Shown in pieces: positions 48,150-57,468 of a stretch of 64,000 bases of DNA (positions within the stretch are counted from its first letter, which is position 1; each line of letters begins with the position of its first letter). The position numbers and the translations under genes were made by a program. The DNA is from Spirochaetia bacterium (GTDB lineage Bacteria; Spirochaetota; Spirochaetia; CADAEX01), in NCBI GenBank assembly GCA_045606105.1, contig JAZURI010000003.1, forward strand, positions 32,001 to 96,000. Direction: 5' to 3'. Below the pieces are notes generated by a model. That model was not told the origin of the DNA, did not search any database, and saw nothing but the letters and a program-made list of their open reading frames with translations.

Positions 48150-48199
48150 TTGACTGTATGCTTGAATAAAATATTCTATAGTGATATTCTTAAACCATT
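48150..48199 (+). promoter_or_regulatory. thrS promoter(s)
   Basis: TTGAAT (48162)-17-TGa-TATTCT (48185-90); second candidate TTGACT (48150)-16-TATTCT. Confidence 0.65.
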
Positions 48200-49939
48200 A
48201 TGGCAGATGAAAAATTAAGTATTATCAGGCATTCCGCATCCCATGTAATGGCTGCTGCAGTGCTTCAGATGTTTCCCGATGCAAGAATAGCTATCGGACC
48301 ATCAATTGAAAATGGTTTTTATTACGATTTTGAGCTTCCGCGTCCATTGAAGAAGGACGATTTTCCTGAAATCGAAGAGAGAATGAAGGGAATTATCGAC
48401 CAGAAGCAGGATTTTATCCGCAGGGAGGTAACCAGAGCCGAGGCTCTCGAGCTTTTCAAGGATCAGCCTTACAAGACAGAGCTTATCAATGACCTTCCGG
48501 AAGACGAAATCATTTCTATCTATACTGTTGATAAATTCACGGACCTTTGCCGCGGTCCCCATGTAGAAAATACAAAGATGATCAATCCACAGGCTGTAAA
48601 GCTCCTTTCCATTGCAGGGGCTTACTGGAGAGGTGATGAAAAACGCCCTATGCTCCAGCGTATCTATGCCACAGCCTTCACCAATCCAAAGGATCTCCGT
48701 CTCTATCTCCAGCATCTTGAGGAGCTTGAAAAAAGAGATCACCGCAAGATCGGCAAGGAGCTTGACCTTTTCCACATCGATGACGAGAATCCGGGTCAGG
48801 TTTTCTGGCATTCCAAGGGTTGGACCATCTACCGCATCCTGGAGGACTATGTCCGCGCCAAGATCAAGGAAGACGGCTATATCGAGGTAAAGACCCCTTT
48901 TGTCATGCCTCAGTCTCTCTGGGAAAGATCTGGCCACTGGGCAAAATATAAGAAGAACATGTTCATTACAGAGAGTGAAAAGCGTATTTTCGCCCTCAAG
49001 CCGATGAACTGTCCGGGGCATATCGAGATTTTCAAGCAGGGGCTCAAGAGCTACCGCGATCTTCCTCTCAGGATGGCTGAGTTCGGAAGCTGTACCAGAA
49101 ACGAACCTTCAGGAACCCTTCACGGTGTAATGCGTGTAAGAGGCTTTGTCCAGGACGATGCCCATATCTTCTGTACAGAGGAGCAGATCCCTTCAGAGGT
49201 TGCAAAGTTCTGTCATCTTCTCAAGGACATTTACAGGGATTTCGGATTTACAGAGGACAAGATTATCGTTAAGTTCTCAACCCGTCCCGAGCTCCGTGTA
49301 GGTGATGATGCCACATGGGACAGGGCAGAGGCTGCTCTTGCAGATGCTTGTACAAAGGCAGGACTTGAGTATGAGATTTCTCCAGGCGAGGGTGCATTTT
49401 ACGGACCTAAGCTTGAGTTCACTTTGGTAGATGCTCTGGGCAGACACTGGCAGTGCGGTACAATCCAGGTAGACTATCAGCTTCCTTCAGGGGAAAGACT
49501 TAATGCCGAATATGTGGGTGAGGACAATGCAAAGCATAATCCTGTAATGCTCCACAGGGCTGTACTCGGTTCCCTGGAACGCTTTATCGGTATTCTTCTT
49601 GAAAACTTTGCAGGAGCTCTTCCTGTATGGCTTGCTCCGGAGCAGGCAATGGTTATTCCTGTAGCTCCGGCCTTCAACGAATATGCCGGAAAGGTTCTGG
49701 AAACTCTTAAGAAGGCCGGTATCCGTGCCGTTCTCGACGACAGCGAACAGCGCATGAATGCCAAGATCAGAGCTGCACAGGGACAGAAGATTCCGTATAT
49801 GTTCATTATCGGTGAAAACGAGGCCAATGAAGGCAAGGCTTCCATCAGACTCAGAACCGGAAAGCAGATGAACGGACTTACTCTTGAAGAATCTGTAAAT
49901 TTTGTACTTGACAAAATTGAGAAAAAAGAAGAAATATAA
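48200..49939 (+). CDS. thrS: Threonine-tRNA ligase (lacks TGS domain)
   Basis: [35 protein letters not shown]. Confidence 0.98.
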   Translation: MADEKLSIIRHSASHVMAAAVLQMFPDARIAIGPSIENGFYYDFELPRPLKKDDFPEIEERMKGIIDQKQDFIRREVTRAEALELFKDQPYKTELINDLPEDEIISIYTVDKFTDLCRGPHVENTKMINPQAVKLLSIAGAYWRGDEKRPMLQRIYATAFTNPKDLRLYLQHLEELEKRDHRKIGKELDLFHIDDENPGQVFWHSKGWTIYRILEDYVRAKIKEDGYIEVKTPFVMPQSLWERSGHWAKYKKNMFITESEKRIFALKPMNCPGHIEIFKQGLKSYRDLPLRMAEFGSCTRNEPSGTLHGVMRVRGFVQDDAHIFCTEEQIPSEVAKFCHLLKDIYRDFGFTEDKIIVKFSTRPELRVGDDATWDRAEAALADACTKAGLEYEISPGEGAFYGPKLEFTLVDALGRHWQCGTIQVDYQLPSGERLNAEYVGEDNAKHNPVMLHRAVLGSLERFIGILLENFAGALPVWLAPEQAMVIPVAPAFNEYAGKVLETLKKAGIRAVLDDSEQRMNAKIRAAQGQKIPYMFIIGENEANEGKASIRLRTGKQMNGLTLEESVNFVLDKIEKKEEI

Positions 49940-49963
49940 TAATAGGAGATTAACAGAATATCC

Positions 49964-50047
49964 ATGAAAAGAAACTATATGATAAAATCATTTTTTTACT
50001 TTAGTTTTTTTGCCTCACCTTTGTGCATGGATTTTGCTGTGGTCTAG
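49964..50047 (+). CDS. Phe/Tyr-rich attenuator leader peptide (27 aa)
   Basis: Manual translation MKRNYMIKSFFYFSFFASPLCMDFAVV*; precedes a terminator and the aro operon. Confidence 0.8.
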   Translation: MKRNYMIKSFFYFSFFASPLCMDFAVV

Positions 50048-50067
50048 TACGTTGTGCTAACTTTATC

Positions 50068-50103
50068 AGGCTCTGCAGTAAAATCTGCAGAGCCTTTTTT
50101 TTT
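50068..50103 (+). terminator. Attenuator terminator of the aro operon
   Basis: AGGCTCTGCAG-taaaat-CTGCAGAGCCT, a perfect 11-bp stem followed by a T run. Confidence 0.9.
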
Positions 50104-50121
50104 GTTTAAAGGAGTTTTTTT

Positions 50122-51135
50122 ATGGTAATTATTTTGAAGGAAGGGGCAGAGAAAGCCAGGATAGATTACCTGGTCAATCTGCTGAAGGGAAAAAATCTTG
50201 ATGTCCATGCTGTAAGCGGTTCCGAAAAGACTATTCTCGGACTTATCGGAGATACAGCCAAACTTGATATAGACCTGGTAAAATGTCTGGATATCGTCAG
50301 CGATGTAAAGCGTATCCAGGAGCCATATAAGAGTGTAAACAGAAAATTTCATCCGGATGACACAGTTGTTACGGTAAATGACAATATAAAGATCGGAGGG
50401 GGCCATTTCCAGCTGATTGCAGGTCCTTGTTCCGTTGAATCCCAGGATCAGGTGGCTCTTATTGCCGAAAAGGTAAAGGAGGCCGGTGCCGGAATGCTCA
50501 GAGGAGGTGCTTTCAAGCCTCGTACTTCTCCGTATGCTTTCCAGGGGCTTGGTGCCGAGGGTATCAGATATCTTGAAAACGCCAAGGAAAAGGTGGGAAT
50601 CCCTATTGTTACCGAAATCATGGATATTTCCAGACTTCCTCTTTTCGAGAATGTGGACATTATCCAGGTAGGTGCCAGAAACATGCAGAACTTCGAGCTT
50701 CTGAAGGAGCTTGGTCATACAAGAAAGCCTATTCTGCTCAAGAGGGGACTTTCCAATACCATCGAGGAGCTTCTCATGAGTGCCGAATATATCATGGCCG
50801 GAGGAAACGAACAGGTTATCCTTTGCGAAAGAGGTATTCGTACCTTCGAGACAGCCACCAGAAATACCTGTGACATTGCAGCTGTACCGCTTCTGAAGGA
50901 GCTTACCCATCTGCCGGTAATTGTTGACCCAAGCCATGCCACAGGAAAGGCCATATTGGTAAAGCCTCTGGCTCTGGCCGCAGTTGCTGCCGGTGCCGAC
51001 GGACTTATTATCGAGGTTCACAACGATCCTCAGCATGCAAGATGCGACGGTCCTCAGTCTCTTACTCCGGAGGCCTTCCTGGATCTGGCAAGGTGTGTTG
51101 AGCAGATCCGTCCTTATGCATACAGAAGAGGCTGA
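50122..51135 (+). CDS. aroF: DAHP synthase, type I-beta with N-terminal regulatory domain
   Basis: IAGPCSVES, RGGAFKPRTSPYAFQG, GARNMQN, DPSH. Confidence 0.95.
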   Translation: MVIILKEGAEKARIDYLVNLLKGKNLDVHAVSGSEKTILGLIGDTAKLDIDLVKCLDIVSDVKRIQEPYKSVNRKFHPDDTVVTVNDNIKIGGGHFQLIAGPCSVESQDQVALIAEKVKEAGAGMLRGGAFKPRTSPYAFQGLGAEGIRYLENAKEKVGIPIVTEIMDISRLPLFENVDIIQVGARNMQNFELLKELGHTRKPILLKRGLSNTIEELLMSAEYIMAGGNEQVILCERGIRTFETATRNTCDIAAVPLLKELTHLPVIVDPSHATGKAILVKPLALAAVAAGADGLIIEVHNDPQHARCDGPQSLTPEAFLDLARCVEQIRPYAYRRG

Positions 51136-51141
51136 CAGGAT

Positions 51142-52158
51142 ATGATAACCATTCGGAGAGGTATGATCAGGGAAGCAGGCTCGTTTTTAAGTTCCCTGCT
51201 GAAGGGGAGGAAAGCTCTTGTTGTTTCCGATGACAATGTGGCGCCCCTTTATTCGGGAGTCTTGATTTCGTCCCTGGAGCAGGCCGGCTATGAGGTGTCG
51301 CTTTATGTTTTTCCCCACGGAGAGGAGCATAAGAGCCTTAAGACAGTGGAGGAGATTCTTGAATCTGCGGGAAGAAGCAATTTTTCCAGAAGCGATTTCT
51401 TTGTTTCCCTGGGTGGGGGAATCTGCGGCGACATGACCGGTTTTGCCGCTGCCGTTTACCAGAGAGGAATAGATTATGTGCAGATTCCCACTACCTTGCT
51501 GGCAGCTGTGGATGCCTCTTCCGGCGGAAAAACCGGTGTGAATCTGGCCTCCGGAAAGAATCAGGCCGGTGCCTTTCATCTTCCCAAGGCGGTTATCTTT
51601 GATCCCGATACTCTGAAAACCCTTTCCGGATCCTGTATCAATGACGGCAAGGCAGAGATAATAAAGCACGGTATCCTGTCCGGAGGTGAGCTTTTTGAGC
51701 TTGTCGTAAAGGGCAGGATAATGGAGGATATAGAGCATGTGGTTGCCTTGAACGTGGCTGTGAAGGAGTCCTATGTGGAGCAGGATCTTCACGATAAAGG
51801 GGTCCGGCAGCTTCTTAATTTCGGGCATACAATAGGGCATGCAATAGAAAAATGCAGCAATTATACCATATCCCACGGTCAGGCTGTGGCAATGGGAATG
51901 GTGGCTGAAACACAGGCTTTTATCAAACTATACAATGAAAAGTCTATAATGTTAGATATTATTAAAAATATACTTTTAAAAAACAATATAAAATATGATA
52001 TCGGTTACAGTGCAGAGGAGCTGTATCAGGCAGCACTCCATGACAAGAAAACTGCTCTCGGACATATCAATATCATAGCTCCCGAGGCAGTGGGCCGATG
52101 TACTTTAAGGTCACTTCCCGCAGACCGTCTGAGGGAATATATCGAGGCAGGTCTATGA
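51142..52158 (+). CDS. aroB: 3-dehydroquinate synthase
   Basis: LGGGICGDMTGF, PTTLLAAVDASSGGKTGVN, LNFGHTIGHAIE. Confidence 0.96.
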   Translation: MITIRRGMIREAGSFLSSLLKGRKALVVSDDNVAPLYSGVLISSLEQAGYEVSLYVFPHGEEHKSLKTVEEILESAGRSNFSRSDFFVSLGGGICGDMTGFAAAVYQRGIDYVQIPTTLLAAVDASSGGKTGVNLASGKNQAGAFHLPKAVIFDPDTLKTLSGSCINDGKAEIIKHGILSGGELFELVVKGRIMEDIEHVVALNVAVKESYVEQDLHDKGVRQLLNFGHTIGHAIEKCSNYTISHGQAVAMGMVAETQAFIKLYNEKSIMLDIIKNILLKNNIKYDIGYSAEELYQAALHDKKTALGHINIIAPEAVGRCTLRSLPADRLREYIEAGL

Positions 52159-53405
52159 TGGATATTATCGTAAACCCGGCTCCTCTTTCAGGCCGGCTCC
52201 CTGCCCCCGATTCCAAGTCCGATATCCACAGGAAGCTTATCTGTGCCGCCCTCTGCGAAACAGAAACCTTTATCGGTACCGTTGATACCGGTTACTGTGA
52301 TGATGTCCTGGCTACCGTCGGTTGTCTCAGGGCTCTGGGTGCAGATATTGCTGTTGTTCCGGAAAAAGGGATGAGGGTTCTTCCGGTAAGGACTTCATCC
52401 TCCGTTCCTGTGTTGGACTGCCGGGAATGCGGCTCCACACTCAGGTTCCTGGTTCCGGTGGCGGCCGGGCTTTATGATGAGTGCCGTTTTACCGGTGCCG
52501 CTTCCCTGGCCGGCAGACCGCTGGCTCCTCTGCTGGAAGCCATGGCTTTTCACGGAAAGAGATACGATTCCTCCAGGCTTCCTCTGACCTTGAGCGGAAA
52601 GCTTGCATCCGGAGAATATGTTCTGCCGGGAAATATCAGCTCCCAGTTTATATCAGGGCTCCTTTTTACCCTGCCTTTCCTTGATGGGGACAGCAGCATA
52701 AGGCTTACTTCAGCATTGGAATCGGCAGAATATGCTGAAATGACAATCAGGGTCCTGAAGCAGTTCGGAATAGAAATCGGCCGCCTTGGACCGGTTGATG
52801 CTTCTGCCGGTTCAGCCGGGGACAGAGGTTTCATTGTCAGAGGGGGACAGAGGTTTGTCTCTCCGGGCAGTGTCAGAGCCGAAGGGGACTGGTCTTCATG
52901 TTCCTTTCTCAGCCCTTTCGGTGCCGTATATACAGGGCTTGATGAAAATTCACTGCAGCCGGACAGGGCTGTAATAAAATATATGAAAATGATGAAGCCG
53001 GGGACAGAGGTTGATGAGCTTCATATTGATGTTTCCCAGAATCCGGATCTGGTTCCCGTCCTTTCTGTCATGGCCTGTTCGGTCAGGGGTCGTGTGTTTC
53101 TGGAGAACGGGGCGCGGCTCAGGATTAAGGAGAGCGACAGGCTGACCTCCTGTGCCGCAATGCTCAGGAGTCTGGGAGGAAATGTTACCGAGCTGGCCGA
53201 TTCCCTTGTCATAGAGGGATGCGGTTCTCTGGAAGGGGGAACCGTGGATAGCTTCAACGATCACAGAATAGTCATGGCTGCATCAGCTGCAGCTGTTTTA
53301 TGCCGTACTCCCGTGACCATCAGGGGAGCAGAGGCTGTAAATAAATCCTATCCCGGTTTTTTCAGGGATTTTACCAGAGCAGGAGGTAGTTACAATGTCA
53401 TTTAA
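52155..53405 (+). CDS. aroA: EPSP synthase
   Basis: SKSDIHR, ECGSTLRF, SSQFISGLL, LRIKESDR, NDHRI, KSYPGFF. Confidence 0.95.
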   Translation: MMDIIVNPAPLSGRLPAPDSKSDIHRKLICAALCETETFIGTVDTGYCDDVLATVGCLRALGADIAVVPEKGMRVLPVRTSSSVPVLDCRECGSTLRFLVPVAAGLYDECRFTGAASLAGRPLAPLLEAMAFHGKRYDSSRLPLTLSGKLASGEYVLPGNISSQFISGLLFTLPFLDGDSSIRLTSALESAEYAEMTIRVLKQFGIEIGRLGPVDASAGSAGDRGFIVRGGQRFVSPGSVRAEGDWSSCSFLSPFGAVYTGLDENSLQPDRAVIKYMKMMKPGTEVDELHIDVSQNPDLVPVLSVMACSVRGRVFLENGARLRIKESDRLTSCAAMLRSLGGNVTELADSLVIEGCGSLEGGTVDSFNDHRIVMAASAAAVLCRTPVTIRGAEAVNKSYPGFFRDFTRAGGSYNVI

Positions 53406-54486
53406 TTTCGGAAAGAATATACATTTTTCAGTTTTCGGTCAGTCCCATTCCAGGGCTATGGGGGTGGTTATCGATACCCTTCCTGCCGGTATTTCCGTTG
53501 ATATGGAAAAGGTGGAGGCCTTCATGGCCAGAAGAAGACCTGGTTCATGGCTTACTACAGCCAGGAAGGAGGAGGACAAGGCTGAAATCATTTCCGGTCT
53601 TGCAGAGGGAAAAACCTGCGGATCGCCCCTTTGTGCCGTTATTCAGAACAAGGATTGCCGTTCCTCCGATTATGACAAGCTGAAAAAGGTTCCCCGTCCC
53701 ATGCATGCCGATTATCCGGCCTTTGTGAAATACGACGGGTTCAATGATATTGCAGGCGGTGGCCACTTTTCCGGCCGTCTTACCGCTCCGCTCTGCTTTG
53801 CAGGGGCTCTCTGCATGCAGCTTCTTGAGGAAAAGGGAATTTATATCGGAGCCCATCTTGCATCTGTAGGGGACGGGGCCGACTCCTATTTCGATCCTGT
53901 CAATACCGATGCCGGAATACTGAAGAAGCTGAAGGAGGCTGAATTTCCGGTTCTGGATGAGCAGGCCGGCGAGGTGATGAAGCAGCAGATTTCCGTGGTG
54001 AAGGCAGCGGCCGACTCCATAGGTGGTGTTGTTGAATGCTGTATTATCGGTCTGCCGGCCGGTGTGGGGGAAAGCGGCTTCGATTCCATGGAAAGCAATC
54101 TGGCAAAGATCCTTTTTGCCGTTCCTGCCGTAAAAGGGGTGGAGTTCGGATGCGGATTTGCCGCTGCCGGAATGAGGGGAAGCGAGCATAACGATCCTTA
54201 CTGCATGGACAAGGATGGCAATGTCAGAACCAGAAGCAACAATCACGGCGGTATCCTGGGCGGCCTTTCCACCGGCATGCCTGTAATATTCCGTGTCGCC
54301 TTCAAGCCGACCCCATCCATCGGTCTGGCCCAGGAGAGCGTTAACCTTGATGAAAAATCCAATACAGTGCTTCAGATTGAGGGCAGACACGATCCTTGCG
54401 TGGCTGTCAGGGCTGTTCCCTGTGTAGAGGCAGCGGCCGCCCTTGTTATCTATGATTACCTTGCCGGCAGCAAAGGAGGCTTGTGA
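53395..54486 (+). CDS. aroC: Chorismate synthase
   Basis: GQSHS, PRPMHAD, GGHFSGRLT, FKPTPSI, GRHDPC. Confidence 0.96.
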   Translation: MSFNFGKNIHFSVFGQSHSRAMGVVIDTLPAGISVDMEKVEAFMARRRPGSWLTTARKEEDKAEIISGLAEGKTCGSPLCAVIQNKDCRSSDYDKLKKVPRPMHADYPAFVKYDGFNDIAGGGHFSGRLTAPLCFAGALCMQLLEEKGIYIGAHLASVGDGADSYFDPVNTDAGILKKLKEAEFPVLDEQAGEVMKQQISVVKAAADSIGGVVECCIIGLPAGVGESGFDSMESNLAKILFAVPAVKGVEFGCGFAAAGMRGSEHNDPYCMDKDGNVRTRSNNHGGILGGLSTGMPVIFRVAFKPTPSIGLAQESVNLDEKSNTVLQIEGRHDPCVAVRAVPCVEAAAALVIYDYLAGSKGGL

Positions 54487-55706
54487 TGTATGCCCTTATA
54501 GGAGAAAAGCTGGGACACAGCTACTCACCTCTGATCCATTCCTTTTTCGGAATCCATGACTACAGGCTTGTTTCCATGCCTCCCTCTGAACTGGAAGCTT
54601 TCTTTGAGAAAAGGAAATTCAAGGGAATAAATGTTACCATTCCCTACAAGAAATCGGTAATCCCTTATCTTGATGAAATATCCCCGGAGGCTGAAAAGAT
54701 AGGGAGCATCAATACCATCGTCAACAGGGACGGCAGGCTTGTGGGATACAATACCGATTATTTCGGATTTCTTTATACAGCCGATAATGCAGGGATAGAG
54801 CTGAGGGGAAAAAACATACTGATACTGGGAAGCGGCGGTGCCTGTGCGGCAGTGAAGGCAGCCTGCGGGGACAGAGGTGCAGCCTCCGTAACCGTGGCCT
54901 CCAGGACAGGGGAAACCAATTACGGAAATATCTACCAGCTTGAAAATACCCAGGTCATCATCAATACCACTCCTGTGGGAATGTACCCCAATAACGGTGA
55001 CAGACTTGTAGATCCCGGCCGTTTTCCGGCCTGCGAAGGGGTTATTGACCTTATATACAATCCTCTTTATACCGGACTGCTCCTGGATGCCCGGAAGCTG
55101 GGGATAAAAACTGCCAACGGTTTTCCCATGCTGGTGGCTCAGGCAAAATATGCTTCTGACATCTTCAAAGGGATAAAAAGGGAGGATTCCATCATAGAGG
55201 AGGCCCTGAAAAAGGCTCTTTCTGTGGTTTCCAACCTGGTTCTGGTAGGGATGCCGGGCTGCGGAAAGAGTACGGTGGGAAGAAGCCTTTCTGCCATGCT
55301 GAACCGGAAGGTCCTGGATACCGATGCCATTATAGAGAAGAAGACAGGACATTCCATTCCGTGGATATTTGACAAGGAGGGTGAAAGTTCCTTCAGGGAG
55401 ACAGAACGGGCTGTCATTGAATCGGTGGGGAAGGAGAAAGGGTATATCATCTCCACAGGGGGAGGCTCTGTTCTGGACGAAAAGAATGTGGATGCCCTGA
55501 GACAGAACGGTATTGTGGTATTTCTGGAAAGGGACCTGAAGAGGCTGGCCATAAAAGGGCGTCCTTTATCCAAAAGCGGCAAGCTTGATGAAATGTATGC
55601 CGCAAGGTTACCATTCTACAAAAAGGCAAGTGACATCATCGTGAAGAACAATTATCAGGCTGATGATACTGCCTACAATATTCTGAAGGAGCTGGGATGG
55701 CTATGA
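54486..55706 (+). CDS. Shikimate dehydrogenase-shikimate kinase fusion (AroE-AroK)
   Basis: HSYSPLIH, NVTIPYK, NTDYFG and GSGGA, then GMPGCGKST, FRETE, STGGG, RPL. Confidence 0.93.
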   Translation: MYALIGEKLGHSYSPLIHSFFGIHDYRLVSMPPSELEAFFEKRKFKGINVTIPYKKSVIPYLDEISPEAEKIGSINTIVNRDGRLVGYNTDYFGFLYTADNAGIELRGKNILILGSGGACAAVKAACGDRGAASVTVASRTGETNYGNIYQLENTQVIINTTPVGMYPNNGDRLVDPGRFPACEGVIDLIYNPLYTGLLLDARKLGIKTANGFPMLVAQAKYASDIFKGIKREDSIIEEALKKALSVVSNLVLVGMPGCGKSTVGRSLSAMLNRKVLDTDAIIEKKTGHSIPWIFDKEGESSFRETERAVIESVGKEKGYIISTGGGSVLDEKNVDALRQNGIVVFLERDLKRLAIKGRPLSKSGKLDEMYAARLPFYKKASDIIVKNNYQADDTAYNILKELGWL

Positions 55707-56131
55707 AGAAGATACTTGTGATAAACGGCCCCAATCTCAACATGCTGGGGATAAGAGAGCCTGAAATTTACGGAAGAACCACATACGGAGAGCTGGTCTC
55801 CATGCTGGAGAGCTGGGGTAAGGAGCTGGGGACAGAGGTGAAGACCTTCCAGAGCAACCACGAAGGGGCCATCATCGATGAAATCCAGGCTGCATACAGG
55901 GTTTACGACGGCATAGTCATCAATCCGGGAGGATATACCCATACCAGCGTGGCTATTCCCGATGCCATCAGGGCTGTGGGGATTCCTGCCGTGGAGGTCC
56001 ATATTTCCGATGTGGATTCCCGTGAGGAATACAGGAAAATATCCTATGTTTCCGGAGCCTGCATAGCTGTCATAAAAGGAAAAGGGCTTCCCGGTTACAG
56101 GGAAGCCCTTCAGATACTGTCCGACAGATAA
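55703..56131 (+). CDS. aroQ: Type II 3-dehydroquinate dehydratase
   Basis: NGPNLNMLGIREPEIYG, QSNHEG, NPGGYTHTS, EVHIS. Confidence 0.96.
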   Translation: MKKILVINGPNLNMLGIREPEIYGRTTYGELVSMLESWGKELGTEVKTFQSNHEGAIIDEIQAAYRVYDGIVINPGGYTHTSVAIPDAIRAVGIPAVEVHISDVDSREEYRKISYVSGACIAVIKGKGLPGYREALQILSDR

Positions 56132-56136
56132 TTCTC

Positions 56137-57468
56137 TTACATTGTGCCGGTGGCATTCTGCCAGTCGAAGTAGGCACAGAGATAATTGTAAACCGATGAG
56201 ATATGGTTCAGCTCAGCCGATTCCAGGGATATTCTTGTATCCTTCAGCTCCAGCTGGGTCATTACACCGTTCTCAAAGGAGGTTTCCGCAATGTCGTATG
56301 CCTGCTTTGCTGTAGTCAGTGTGGTTTCGGCCAGTGCGATACTCTCGAATTCCTTCTGGAGTGTCAGGTAAATCTGCCTGAGCTCAGTAATGATATCCTC
56401 TCTTTTCTGCTGAAGCTTGATTTCGGTCTGTTCAGCCTCCAGCTTCACCTGTCTGTCCTGGGCTGTAAGGGCTCCTCCTGAAAAGATCGGAAGTGATACG
56501 GTAAGTCCTACGGAGAAGACATCCCTGTCATTTTCGCTGAAGGCTTTTCCGATATCGTTGTCAGATGCCGAATAACCGTAGGATGCATCCAGGGATACAG
56601 TAGGGTAGTGATTTGCCCTGTTGGCTTTTATATTCAGCTCTCTCAGCCTTTTTTCACCCAGCAGTGCCTTGTAGTCGGCTCTTTCTGCCAGAACCTCACC
56701 GAAGGAAATCTGGTTAGGCATATCGGGATAAACCGTAAAATCGCCTGAAATCCTTACATCCTCCTCCTGAGGGATTCCTGCCAGGTTTTTCAGGTTGATA
56801 AGACAGATCTCCTTGTTCATCTTGGCATTGGTTGTTTCAGGAACCGCCATTTTCCAGTCTACCTCCGCATTGAGGAAGGCCAGCTTGGAGACAATTCCTG
56901 TCTCATATTTCTTCTTCATGAGTTCATAATGCTCAAAGGCCCTTTTTTCGGTCTCCTTCTTGATGTTATAGAGCATTTCCAGAAGATAGCACTGGAAGAA
57001 AACCTTTTTTGCCGCTGTGATTATGGCATCGTTCTGGGCTTCGTACACCGATTTTGACATGCTCTTGTATTCCTTGCTGGCCTTGATGGCATTCAGGACA
57101 TTGAGGTTGAAAATTTCCTGTGAAAGACCGAGCCCGAAGCTGAAGTCGTAATCCTTGTTCACATCCACATCGGCATAGTTGAAGTTTCCGGTAGTCTTGT
57201 CTGCGGAAACCGCTGTCATCTGCTCCACATCTATGAAGTTCCTTGTTAAGGAAGAACTGAGCCCGATGGATGGAAGTGCCTGTGACCTGGCCAGCTTCAC
57301 CTGTTCATCAGAGGTTTTGAGCTGTGATGCTGCCAGCATGAGATCCTTGTTGTTCTTTTCCACCATGGAAAGGTAATCCTCCATGGTATATTCCTTTGAA
57401 AAGGCCGGAGCCGCAGCCAGAAGCATGACTCCGATCAAAAATATTGTTAATGTTCTACTGAATTTCAT
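56137..57468 (-). CDS. TolC-family outer membrane efflux protein
   Basis: Signal peptide and two OEP repeats (LPSIGLS / YPTVSLD, LPIFSGG); in the RND operon. Confidence 0.9.
   Translation of the reverse strand: MKFSRTLTIFLIGVMLLAAAPAFSKEYTMEDYLSMVEKNNKDLMLAASQLKTSDEQVKLARSQALPSIGLSSSLTRNFIDVEQMTAVSADKTTGNFNYADVDVNKDYDFSFGLGLSQEIFNLNVLNAIKASKEYKSMSKSVYEAQNDAIITAAKKVFFQCYLLEMLYNIKKETEKRAFEHYELMKKKYETGIVSKLAFLNAEVDWKMAVPETTNAKMNKEICLINLKNLAGIPQEEDVRISGDFTVYPDMPNQISFGEVLAERADYKALLGEKRLRELNIKANRANHYPTVSLDASYGYSASDNDIGKAFSENDRDVFSVGLTVSLPIFSGGALTAQDRQVKLEAEQTEIKLQQKREDIITELRQIYLTLQKEFESIALAETTLTTAKQAYDIAETSFENGVMTQLELKDTRISLESAELNHISSVYNYLCAYFDWQNATGTM

Noticed and set aside
48200-48400. ThrRS lacking the TGS domain
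   Set aside because: Short ThrRS forms are common in spirochaetes and other groups.
49940-50121. T-box riboswitch before the aro operon
   Set aside because: Region is too short and lacks a GGTGGxACCGCG T-box motif; the leader peptide explains the terminator better.
45626-51036. Long antisense ORFs (e.g. 45626-46642, 50044-51036; also 21307-22350, 36223-37047)
   Set aside because: Shadow frames of well-conserved genes on the opposite strand, with no recognisable motifs.
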